64,000 nt of DNA, taken from NCBI GenBank assembly GCA_043228905.1, contig JBHGNT010000006.1:12462001-12526000 (forward strand), in the 5' to 3' direction. The position numbers were made by a program, and so were the translations under genes. The DNA comes from Azolla caroliniana. Lineage: Eukaryota > Plantae > Polypodiophyta. Shown one piece after another: positions 1 through 11,786 of this stretch. Below the pieces are notes generated by a model, which worked only from the letters and a program-made list of their open reading frames with translations, was not told the origin of the DNA and did not search any database. How positions within the stretch are numbered: position 1 is the stretch's first letter; each line of letters starts with the position of its first letter.

Positions 1-570
1 TAATATGTGGAACCCTAATTATGTGGGTTAGTATTGGCAGTACTCTTAATATATAATTGATATGTGTAGTTGAAGGGATATTTTCCAAAATTAGTACTAA
101 AAGGGAACCAGGCACATCACCCGTACAACATCGTCCAATCTATATTGCAACTTGCCTAGTACTAGTTTAGTAGACACTATACTTGTAGTACACTGTTGAC
201 TGTTAGTATTGTTTGTGTAACTTGGGAATTAGTACTAGTTATGTAATTTGGGAACAAGGTGTATAGTCAATTGCTGAATATTAGTACAGTTTGTGTAATT
301 TGGAAAGGAGGTGTGTCAAACACATATCACGTTTAGTACTAATATTGTTCAAGATTAATACTTTTGGTGTAATTAGTACAAGCTATGTAATTAGGTGTGT
401 AGAGCACATATCACGTTTAGTATTACTTGTGTGCAGAATACCACGTTAGTACTAAAATCCAATCTACATTTGTTGGATTAGATGTTAGTCCAATCTACAT
501 TACAACGTGCCTAGTACTAGGGTTAGTACACACTATACTTGTAGTACATTTTTGACGATTAGTACTTAGC

Positions 571-1190
571 AAGTAGTACATTGTTCATGATTAGTACTAG
601 TTCTATAAATTGGGAACTAAGTGAGTAGTACATTGCTCATGATTAGTACTAGTTTTGTAAATTGGGAACTAAGTGAGTAGTACATTGCTCATGATTAGTA
701 CTAGTTTTGTAATTTGGGAACTAAGTGAGTAGTACATTGTTCAGGATTAGTACTCCTTGTGTAATTTGGGAACTAAGTGAGTAGTGCATTGTGCATGATT
801 AGTACTACTTGTGTAAATTGGGAACTAAGTGAGCAGTACATTGTTCATTATTAGTACTACTTCTGTTCCTTATTAGTACTAGTTCAGTAATTTAGGAACT
901 AAGTGAGTAGTATATTGTTCAGGATTAGTACATTGTTCATGATTAGTACTATTTGAGTAATTTAGGAACTAAGTGAGTAGTATATTGTTCAGGATTAGTA
1001 CATTGTTCATGATTAGTACTATTTGTGTAATTTGGCAACTAAGTGAGTGGTACATTGTTTATGATTAGTACTCCTTCTGTAATTTGACCAAGTTAGTAGT
1101 ACATTGTTCATGATTAGTACTACTTGTGTAAATTGGGAACTGAGTAGTACATTGTTCACGATTAGTACTAGTTGTGTAATATGGGAACTA
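571..1190. repeat. ~52-bp AGTACT-rich minisatellite (~11-12 copies, more degenerate copies to the left)
   Basis: Unit agtagtacattgttcatgattagtactagttttgtaaattgggaactaagtg recurs at ~52-bp spacing (e.g. 624, 676, 728, 780). Confidence 0.9.
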
Positions 1191-1298
1191 GGTGTAGCTT
1201 AATGAATTAGTAATGCAACTCTTGTGACCTACATTGTATATTTTATATCACGGTACTAACATTGAAGGTTTTTTGGTTTCTTGCAATGAATGTTATAG

Positions 1299-3155
1299 TG
1301 TCAAGCAACTCCACGCCAGGGAAGGTAATGGAACAGCCGGCCCCTGTGCCTAAACCCTCGGTATCTGCTGAACATTCCAAGGTTAAAGGACCATCATTAC
1401 CAATAACCTATGAGTTTTATGATGAAGATGAATGTATGAGAAGGGCCATTGGAGCAGTGGAACATATGCTTCTACAAACAAATTCCCCAAGCTCCAGTCA
1501 ACATCAAAACAATCCAGGTAACACAAATTTTGCCAACATATCTTAATTCTCATTTGAGAAAGTGTTGAATGCCTAATTTCTTTAGAAATAGAGCCAACTA
1601 AGAAGAGGAATGTTGCAAGAATGTTGTATGGAAAGGGCAAGAAAGGCAAAGTTGAATGCAATGGTGAGTCATATATGTTCTCACCTATCCGGAGAGTTGT
1701 CAACCTAATGCATTGTCTAATACCATGTACTTGTGTTACTAGCTGATGACGAAATGATCTTTGGTGAGGGAGATACAAGTCCAAAACCTGATCGTGAAGA
1801 CGAATTTATCACACTCCCAGGTACACGTCAAAAGTCGGTTTTTGAAAACAATGATTTAGATCATAACAACCCTATGATAGTGTTGCTTTTGGTGCATTTT
1901 ATAGATCATAACAACCCTGTAGAGCACTTAGATGTTGTGGAGAAGATGACCGAGCCTACCACTTGCAATGGGGTATCTACGGTTGTACAGTATGACGATG
2001 TAACAATAGGTAAAAATGTGGCTCTAAACCCTATGTTCATTGTTGTTGGTATGTTTGCAAACTTTTGAGTATGTGAGTTGATACTAATATTCTTTGGAAT
2101 CCCATTATTTAGGTTTACAAGAGCCGTCCGATTTCCAATTGCAATCAAATGAATCGGGAACTATATGGAGCACAAGTGCAAAGTCAGATTTTGGGATTAA
2201 CCTTTGCACGGAGGCAGACTCTGGAAGCACATCTTCCACACATGAGGACTGTGAGAAAAACGAAGCATTCATATTTGAAGAGCAGTTGGCATGTACAAAC
2301 AACAATTTGTCTAAAGAAGCCCATGAGGAGTGTGGAAAGAATATGGCAAGTATTGAAGAGAAGACTGATTGTACTGAGAATGTATCTGTAGTGTCTAAAG
2401 ATTCCCATGAGGAGTGTGGAAAGAACATCTCTAGTACTGAAGAGGAGCCTGATTGTACTGAGAATGTGCTAGTAGTGTCTAAAGACTCCCATGAGGATTG
2501 TGGAAAGAACGTCATTACTAATGAAGGGGAGCCTACTAGCATCACCCATGAGGACCAAGCAATAAAGACCACCCAAGAAGGGGAGCACGGTTGCCTTAAG
2601 AATGAGGTGACAGCCACCGTACAAGAGGAGTTGACCATGACTACTGCCACAGTCCACATATAGGAGTCTAATTGTATTAAGAATGAGTGTACAGGCATCG
2701 GTGATGATGATAGGGCAATAAAGATCACCCAAGAAGGAGAGCACAGTGGTCTTAAGAATGAGGTGACTATCACCAGCCAAGAGTTCGCCAGGAGTATTGC
2801 TATAACCCACATACAGGAGCCTAATTGTATTGAGACTGAGCATACTAGCAACAACATGAGTACTAAAACAGCCCACATTCAGGAGATGAGTGATAATTTT
2901 TCTATCGACAATACCTTTGTGGATGTGTGTATAAGCATTGCAGTTGCAGAAAACACAGTAACTGCTCTCTCAAACTTGCCACTAGTGCAAGGTGCCCGTG
3001 CATCCACGCCTGTCTCTGATGCCTCTGATGATGAAGTGCCACTTAGTCAACTGATACCTAAAGGCTTTAAGATAAAGAAGAATGTAAAATTAGAAAAAAC
3101 TGGCACCAACAACAAGCGCATTACAAGATCAGCCAAATTGCCCTCTAGTGCCTGA
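1299..3155 (+). pseudogene. Putative intron-containing, low-complexity acidic protein gene of unknown function, convergent with the transposase; probably disrupted
   Basis: ORF segments 1262-1546, 1733-2068, 2094-2663 and 2763-3155. Internal ~28-aa repeats (HEECGKN...EEPDCTENV) at ~81-84-nt spacing. Stop at 2661-2663 lies within a repeated unit. No recognisable domain. Confidence 0.35.
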
Positions 3156-4244
3156 TTGTCTTTCGATTGTACTTAAACTTTAGCTGAACTGTTAGGGATG
3201 TCTGAAATTGAACTGTTTGGTATACCAAAATACTGTCTCATTTATCTGAAATAGTTATACCAGTGTCTTTCGATTGTACTTGAACTTTAGCTGAACTGTT
3301 AGTGATGTCTGAAATTGAACTATTTGGTATACCAAAATCCAGTAGTTATACCAGTGTGAAATTCTATATTGCCAATTGTAGAGAATGAAAATGTATTCTA
3401 TTGTTAACTCTGAAATGTTGTGAAGATCAGATCACTCATCTACTATTGTAGTGTAATCTGAATTTCTATATTGCTAATTGTTAAATGATCTTTGGTGAGG
3501 GAGGTACGAATTTATCACACTCCCAGGTACACTCCCATGCAGCCATGATTGTGTTGATTGCAAATAAAATTCTATATTGTTAACTGAGATGTTATATACA
3601 GTTCGTTATACCAGATGAAGATTTAGAAGACTGGTATATACTGTCATGCAACCGAACTTTACATCAGATGTATGTATCCGTCTAACTGAGATACTTTGGG
3701 AGACTACTATGTATTACTTAATACTTGCAATTGACATACTTGCAATTGACATTAGTACTAAACTAATATGTATATTGATACTTGCGTTAGTACTAATATG
3801 TATATTGATACTTGCGAAGTATGGTCTCCTTGATTGCACATGGTTGGAGTTGAATAATGACTTGAGTGCACACAATAGAGACTTGATAGTTGAATAAGTT
3901 TGGGCCATATTTAGGCTACTAAGTATTCAAGACTTCACACCTTAAACCATAGAAACAAGCAACTCTATAATTACCATAAACACTGACAATACAAAAGTAT
4001 TGAAGACTTCACACCTTAAACCATGGAAACAAGCAACTCTATAATTACCATAAACACTTACAATACAAGCTCAATAAATAGTCTCAATACATCAAACATA
4101 TCGATTCATAATACATAATAAAAGAAAGACGAAATATATCGATTCATTTGTCAATCATCAAAATTAATATATCAATACATCAAATAGTGAACTACAAGTG
4201 GATGTTTTTCAGTTTTCTGGTACAATGTATTGATAGGGTGACTT

Positions 4245-7200
4245 TCAAGCATTAAATAGAGAGACCTCCCCTAATATGTGCTCATGAACCTCTTGGGGGA
4301 CCTTGTAGACAGTGTTGTATCCCTTAACCTTGTGCTTTGCTTGAGTCATATTGAATTTGATCGCAAGAATGACATCAGCGTAGATTATTGCGATCGGTGC
4401 TTCTTTTAGTAATGCATGTGTTCTTGCACTGCGGCAACTTTGCATAATAGTTTCCATACACGACTGACTCACCAAGGTTGAAATTGTTGCCCCAGCCATC
4501 CCTCACCACTTCTTTCAATAATGTCTTGCCTTGCTTGCACACCACAATGTAGTAGTCTTCTAAATCTTCATTCTGAGGAGATTTGAGCACTGCAAAATGA
4601 TCTCCAACTTCCAATAAAATTACCAAGTCTTGATGTTGGTTGTAGTATACAATATCGTTTGAATGCGCATCCTCTTCAATATCATCTTGTCGTTCAGGCT
4701 CAAGCTTATGCAGCTTCCAAGGTTCGACGATTGATAGGTTGATGCATTTATCCCAAGCTTCATCTATACACATGGAACAAAAGCATGATAAAGTACGGAG
4801 TAACAATTGTGTTGTGTCCTTGCGGCTAAACCCTAATACACAATGGGTGTTGCGTGTGCGTTTTACAACCATATGATTTAGTTCTATCAACCTCATCAGC
4901 GCGAACTTCAACAAACAATCTGTTCTTACCATCATTTGACATCTTCCATGTTAGCCACTGCACAACATCATGTGCATTTTGTAACTTAGCACCATTATTA
5001 TCCAACTGCTCACTTGTAAGGGCACGTTTGATCACAACCCCCGCGCCATCATGCTCTCCTTTTCCATGTCCAGACCCAAAGTAGTTCCATTGCATACGAA
5101 TGTTGAATAAGGAGAAATACCTGCTTTTGTATCTCAGGTTTCCAACAAAATTAGTACTATGTTGTCAATCGAGAGTACTACACATCCATTAATACTGATT
5201 TAGTACAAATACAAAACAAAGCATAGCACAGCGTATCCATTGAGAACACTCTACACTTATTAAAAGATAAATAGTACTATGTTGTCAACCATGTGAACTT
5301 GGCATCCATTAATACTAATTTAGTATGGATACAACACAAAGCATAGTACAATGAATTCATGGAAAGCACTCTACATGAATTAACAGATAAATAGTACAAA
5401 CTCTTCAATATCAGATAGTACTATGTTGCTGACGACGAGTACTTTACATTCATTAATACTGATTTAGTAAAGATACAATACACAATACAGTACAATGTGT
5501 CCACGGAGAACACAACCCTCCTTAGAAGATAATTAGCACTACAACACATGTACTTTACATCCCCCAATAAAGACTGATTTAGTATAGATACAACACATAG
5601 TACAATACAGTGTGTTCATGGAGAACACTCAGCATGGATTAATAGATAATTAGTACGAACTCTTCAATATAAGACAGTACTATGAGTACAAGACATGTAC
5701 TTTACATCTTTTGATAATTACTGATTTAGTATAGATACAAACCAAGTACAATACAATGTGTTCATAGAGAACACTCAACATTGATTAATAAATAATTAGT
5801 ACAAACTCTTCAATCTAGGACAGTACTATGAGTAAAAGACATGTACTTTACATCCTTTGATAATTATTGATTTAGTACAGATACAACACACAGTACAATA
5901 CAATGTCCATGGAAAACCCTCAACATGGATTAAAAGATAATTAGTACAATTCTCTTAAGGACAGACAATACGATGAGTACAAGATGAGTAAATACTGATT
6001 TAGTACAGATACAACACACAACATAGTACAATGTGTCTATGGAAAACCCTCAACATGGATTAAAAGATTATTAGTACAATTCTCTTAAGGACGGACAATA
6101 CTATGAGTACAAGACGAGTACTTTACATCCTTCAGTAAATACTGAATTAGTACAGATACAACATACAACATAGTACAATGTGTCTATGGAGAACACTTCA
6201 CATGGATTAAAAGATAATTAGTTCAATTCTCTTAAGGACGGACAATATTATGAGTACAAGACGAGTACTTTACATCCTTCTATAAACACAACGTAGTACA
6301 GATACAACACAAAACATAGTACAATGTGTCTATGGAGAACACTTCACATGGATTAAAAAATAATTAGTACAATTCTCTTAAGGACAGATAATACTATGAG
6401 TACAAGACGAGTACTTTACATCCTTCTCTAAATACTGATTTAGTACAGATACAACACACAACATAGTACAATGTGTCTATGGAGAACACTTCACATGGAT
6501 TAAAGATAATTAGTACAATTCTCTTAAGGACGGACAATACTATAGAGTACAATACGAGTACTTTACATCCTTCAGTAAATACTGATTTAGTAAAGATACA
6601 ACACACAACATAGTACACTTTGTCTATGGACAACACTTCACATGGATTAAAAGATAATAAACACAGATTCATGTGACAGGATAATACTATTTGATCAATC
6701 AAGAACAGTTAACTTAGTTACAAACAAAATTAGTATGCATGCATCCATGTGAATAGTGTTGTGTTTGAATAGTTACAAACATAATTAGTATGCATCCATG
6801 TGAATAGTACTGTGTGTGAATAGTTACAAACATAATTAGTATGAATGCACTAACACAAGAATTACTTCCTTACACATTGCATGATAAGTACTAAACATAT
6901 GGATTAAAAATTACTTGGCGATAAAGTAGAACGATCGTGCCGCCTTAAACTGCGAGGCAACACCATCAGACCAAACCCAATGATGGTTAAAGGTTAACCC
7001 TAGAGACAATAAATCTGCATGGTGAAGCTTAAAACAATGTTGAACAAATAGTGTATCATGCTTTTTATCATCTGAAATGTAAAATATTGATTTCTTATGT
7101 AACTCACCGTCTTGCCTCCAATAGAAAATATGTACAAGTATTGTACATTGATCATTATACCAATGCATTGATTGAACCTCATTTTGAACTTTAAATGTAT

Positions 7201-8527
7201 AGTTTTCTACAAAGTCAATAACGGATACGATGACACCCGTTGGTAAGTTATTAATACATTCCTTGAACTGTGAATTTTGCCAATAACTCCGGAAGTTATG
7301 TGGAATGAACTCCCCAAGTTGTTTCTTAAATTCTGAGACAAGGGTAGCAGCACATGTCTCCTTATATACTTCCTTGATACGTTTAGTTACAAGTCCCTTG
7401 CCAATATTTTCAGTCACATACTCTAAATATTTCCATTTCACGATATGACTGTTTCCCAAATCAAGCTCCTGCCTACAAAATAATGGTAGCGGACAAACCT
7501 TACATGTTCTTAATAGACATGTATGATGATGCCACTCACATGATGGTTCTTTTTCACAAACACAAGACCTCCATAGCTCATAAACGGATGCATAAGTCAT
7601 GTTTCGTGCATTACACCTATTATCATCCCCATTTGGTCTACAAACCTCACAAGTGCAGACACATAATTCCCCGTGTATACCCTTACAATTAGTACGCATT
7701 GCATTCACTCCTAGCCTTAACATATCCATCTTCACGTGGTACACACAACAACATGTATTCCAACAGTCAAGCTTGGATGTTGGTCTTTAAAGTTCATGTA
7801 CAATTCAGCCTACATCAACCAATATATATAGCAAACATTAATATACACTTGGTCAAAACACAAATTTATGGAATGTGAATTGATATAAAAAACTGGAATA
7901 CCTCTATCATCTCCAAGAAGTGTCTAGGGTGAATCTGGTACTTACCCTGACTTATTCGTTGTCTACACACGTCCTTCTTATTTGGTGAGACACGTGTATT
8001 TTTGGCCCAAAATGAATCCACTTTCTCAATAATCTCTTGAGATAAGGCATCGCATCGTCGTTTACGTCCCAACCCCAACCACTTGAATTGGCTTGAGTGT
8101 ATATTTCGGCGATGTTTCCTCAAGTTCCTTCTTTGAATACCCAGGGCTAAGGCAACTTTAGTATCACTATATTTTTTTTCTCTCGCACCGTTCACAACCA
8201 TGTGTATGGCTGCCCCCTTTGCATCAAGTTTGTCTATGCTCTCTACACCTTTCACTAAGTCTAGGGATGACTTCATAGACTCTACAATCTCTTCTGAAAC
8301 ACATTGGTCCCTAAATTTTATTCTCTACATGTCTTCATTCAAACGTTGATGGTGTAACACTCTACATATAATATCCCTACGATCCTCTTCACTAAATCTC
8401 TTCGTATTTCTACAAAATAACGGACTATGTGAAGAACCACTCGTCTCTTGGTCCTTTCAGATATACATGAGTTACTTGACAACTCACCCTCATTGGGGAC
8501 CCCCATTTGGTCACTAGATTTATCCAA
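4245..8527 (-). pseudogene. DDE DNA transposase, Sola2-like, intron-containing, frameshifted
   Basis: Motifs in order: CCCxYH and Cys-rich region, VIDFVENY, EVQSMHW, ISDDKKHD, WSDGVASQFK, then after splicing WNYFGSGHGKGEHDGAG and LSCFCSMC. GT-AG introns 7810-7901 and 5121-6914; the latter joins FYFIAK|YFSLFNIRMQWNYF in frame. Frameshifts near 7760, 4860 and 4420. Sola2 label is from recalled DFxENY/SDG/HGKG motifs. Confidence 0.7.
5150..6690. repeat. ~146-147-bp tandem repeat filling the transposase intron (~10 copies)
   Basis: tagtacagatacaacac... recurs near 6001, 6148, 6294, 6441 and 6587; copies diverge toward 5150. Confidence 0.9.
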
Positions 8528-8738
8528 AAAAATAAAGTGTCCGGTGAGAGTAGTTAATGTTATATAGACTACACTAAGAAAACACAGTCAAATGTTTTTA
8601 AATGTGGCCTACAAAGTGAGAAACAATTTGTTTCAAACATTAGAATTACGGATCAAATATGACAATTGTAAAATCTAAAAATTTAGTACTAAAAAATGAA
8701 GAAATGAAAAATTTTAGTCCTGAAAATAAAAAAATGGA

Positions 8739-9060
8739 TGGAAGGAACCTCCAATGGTGGCGGGAGCGTTGATTCTATGTGATATGCCGCCTCGATTTGC
8801 TAGAAGGAACCTCAAATGGTGGAGGGAGCATTGAATCTGTGTGATATGCCGCCTCGATTTGGTGGAAGGAACCTCCAATGGTGGAGGGAGCGTTGAATCT
8901 ATGTGATATGCCGCCTTGATTTAGTGGAAGGAACCTCCAATGGTGGAGGGCGCCTTGAATCTTTGTGATATGCCGCCTTGATTTAGTGGAAGGAACCTCC
9001 AATGGTGGAGGGCGCCTTGAATCTTTGTGATATGCCTCCTGGATCCAGTGGAAGGATCCT
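8739..9060. repeat. 62-bp tandem repeat (~5 copies) with internal hairpin CCTCCA-atgg-TGGAGG
   Basis: tggaaggaacctccaatggtggaggg... at 8739, 8801, 8863, 8925, 8987 and a partial copy at 9049. Confidence 0.9.
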
Positions 9061-9189
9061 CACCTCGATGGAAAAAGGCCCAAATCACCACGACATAAAC
9101 TGCAATCGGTGGAAGTAAGAAAGTCGTTGTCGAAGAAGTCACTATTGGCTGTTATAAGAGGCCTCAGAACAGTCTCTGTTCCTCAACCT

Positions 9190-9288
9190 AAACCCTAACA
9201 AAATCAGAAACCCTAAAAAAACTAGAAATCCTCAACTTAAAAGCTCCAACCTAACATGGATGTCTGAGATTTGCTCCCTAAACCCTAA
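9190..9288. promoter_or_regulatory. Cluster of three telo-box motifs (AAACCCTAA) upstream of the transposase
   Basis: aaaccctaa at ~9190, ~9208 and ~9280. The plant telo-box is an established promoter/5'UTR motif; function here is inferred. Confidence 0.4.
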
Positions 9289-9663
9289 CAATACTCTTAG
9301 ATTGGAGGAAAAGCAGAACCATAACATGGATGTCTGAGATGAAGAGCTCAGAGGAATCGAGGAAGAGGAGTATGAGGGAAACCGCCAAAAACAACGTGAG
9401 GGGAACCGCCAAAATCGACGTGACGGAAAAATAGCCCCCAAAATGGAAAGAACATCTCCTCACGTGTTCCCCCCACTCCTTGTAGTAAATGACACTTGTA
9501 CTACAGTACCCCACTCTCCAAAATCGATTTTTTTTTATGAATTATTCAGTACTAGCAGTATCGAAAGTACAAACAATTTTTGTGGCCAAAAACAGTATTT
9601 TTCTGAACACCGTAGCATGCTTCCACCCATGATCAAATATGATTTGACCAAGCATGTGACACT

Positions 9664-9736
9664 CACCGACCATGGGGCTCGAACACATGACCACAAGGTT
9701 AAGAGCCTTGCGCTCTTCCATCTGAGCTAGGCCGAC
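9664..9736 (-). pseudogene. tRNA-Lys(CTT)-like A-type copy
   Basis: 73 nt; T-stem mismatch (ATGTG) and C>T changes in the acceptor stem. Confidence 0.75.
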
Positions 9737-10093
9737 TCAATATGCTTTATAAGCACAATTTCATCCTTGACTGAGATGACCATTTACGAGTTGATACAAC
9801 ATGTAATGCCCACGGACCATGGTTCTCGAACCCATGATGAAAAGATGAAGAGCCTTGCGCTCTTCCAGCAAAACTAGGCCAACTCAATGTGCTTGCCAAG
9901 GAAAATTTCATATCTAGAGTGAAATGACCATTAATAATTACAAAACAAGATGTAATGCCCACTAACAATGACTAACCAAAGTGAGATGACCTTACAAGCG
10001 AAGCCCACCAACTAGGGTCCTAAACTTAGCGTAACCACAATGGCGTGCCTAGAGTTATATGACCAATTATGATTTGACCAAGCATACGACACT

Positions 10094-10166
10094 CGCCGAC
10101 CATGGGGCTCGAACCCATGACCACAAGGTTAGGAGCCTTGCGCTCTTCCATTTGAGCAAGGCCGGC
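10094..10166 (-). tRNA. tRNA-Lys-body copy with anticodon CCT (Arg)
   Basis: Loop reads CT-CCT-AA; all four stems pair; A9 and G15 positions altered. May be a pseudogene. Confidence 0.5.
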
Positions 10167-10556
10167 TCGGTGTGCTTGACAAGCACAATTTCATCCTAGA
10201 CTCAGATGACCACTTATGAGATAATTTAACATGTCATGCCCACTAACCATGGCTCTCGAACCCATGATGACAAGATTAAGAGCCTTGCGCTCTTCCACGT
10301 AAAGTAGGCCAACTCAATGTGCTTGCCAAGGAAAATTTCATATCTAGAGTGAAATGACCATTAATAATTACAAAACAAGATGTAATGCTCGCTAACAATG
10401 GGTAAGCAAAGGGAGATGACCTTGCTAACAATGGGTAAGCAAAGTGAGATGACCTTCCATGCGAAGCCCACCAACAACGGGCCTTGACTTAGGGTAAGCA
10501 CAATGTCGTGCCTAGAGTTATATGACCAAATTTGATTTGACCAAGCATGCAACACT

Positions 10557-10628
10557 CCCCGACCATGGGACTCGAGCCCATGACCACAGGGTTGACAGCC
10601 TTGCACTCTTCCATCTGAGCTAGGCAGC
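10557..10628 (-). pseudogene. tRNA-Lys-body copy with anticodon GTC (Asp)
   Basis: Loop reads CT-GTC-AA; T-loop changed to CTCGAGT; 1-nt deletion and mismatches in the acceptor stem. Confidence 0.6.
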
Positions 10629-10985
10629 TCGGTGTGCTTGACAAGCACAATTTCATCCTACATTGAGATGACCATTTAAGAGTTCACAGAACATGTAATG
10701 TCCACAGACCATGGCTCTCGAACCCATGATGAAAAGATTAAGAGCCTTGCGCTCTTCCAGCTAACCTAGGCCAACTCAATGTGCTTGCCAAGGAAAATTT
10801 CATATCTACAGTGAAATGACCATTAGTAATTACAAAACAAGATGTAATGCCCGCTAACAATGGGTAAGCATGGTGAGATGACCTTGCATGCGAAGCCCAC
10901 CAACTGGGGGCCTAAACTTAGGGTAACCACAATGGCATGCCTAAAGTTATATGACCAATTATGATTTGACCAAGCATGCAACACT

Positions 10986-11058
10986 CGCCGACCATGGGGC
11001 TCGAACCCATGACCACAAGGTTAAGAGCCTTGCGCTCTTCCATCTGAGCTAGGCCGGC
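10986..11058 (-). tRNA. tRNA-Lys(CTT), structurally intact copy within the array
   Basis: GCCGGCCTAGCTCAGATGGAAGAGCGCAAGGCTCTTAACCTTGTGGTCATGGGTTCGAGCCCCATGGTCGGCG. Acceptor GCCGGCC/GGTCGGC, D stem GCTC/GAGC, anticodon stem CAAGG/CCTTG with loop CT-CTT-AA, T stem ATGGG/CCCAT with TTCGAGC. No adjacent oligo-T terminator. Confidence 0.75.
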
Positions 11059-11713
11059 TCGGTATGCTTGATAAGCACAATTTCATCCTAGACTAAGATG
11101 ACTATTTATGAGTTAATACAACATGTAATGCCCATGGACCATGGTTCTCGAACCCATGATGAAAAGATGAAGAGCCTTGCGCTCTTCCAGCTAAACTAGG
11201 CCAACTTAATGTGCTTGCAAGGAAAATTTCATATCTACAGTGAAATGACCATTAATAATTACAAAACAAGATGTAATGCCCACTAACAATGGGTAAGCAA
11301 AGTGAGATGACCTTAGAAGCGAAGCCCACCAACTAGGGGCCTAAACTTAGGGCAGCTCGGTGTGCCTAACAAGCACAATTTCATCCTAGACTGAGATGAG
11401 CATTTATGAGTTAATACAACATGTAATGCCCACACACCATGGTTCTCGAACCCATGATGAAAAGATTAAGAGCCTTGCGCTCTTCCAGCTAAACTAGGCC
11501 AACTCAATGTGCTTGCCAAGGAAAATTTCATATCTAGAGTGAAATGACCATTAATAATTACAAAACAAGATGTAATGGCCTCTAACAATGGGTAAGCAAA
11601 GTGAGATGACCTTGCATGCGAAGCCCACCAGCTAGGGGCCTAGACTTAGGGTAAGCACAATGTCGTGCCTAGAGTTACATGACCAAGTATGATTTGACCA
11701 AGCAGGCGACACT

Positions 11714-11786
11714 CGTCGACCATGGGGCTCGAACCCATGACCACATGGTTAAGAACCTTGCGGTCTATTATCTGAGCTAGGCCGGC
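11714..11786 (-). pseudogene. tRNA-Lys(CTT)-like A-type copy, degenerate D arm
   Basis: Aligns to the 10986-11058 copy with several substitutions. Confidence 0.7.

Noticed and set aside
2105-2878. 257-aa minus-strand ORF
   Set aside because: It is the antisense shadow of the repetitive plus-strand ORF and has no independent coding signal.
9190-9288. Interstitial telomere
   Set aside because: Only three isolated AAACCCTAA units, not a tandem tract.
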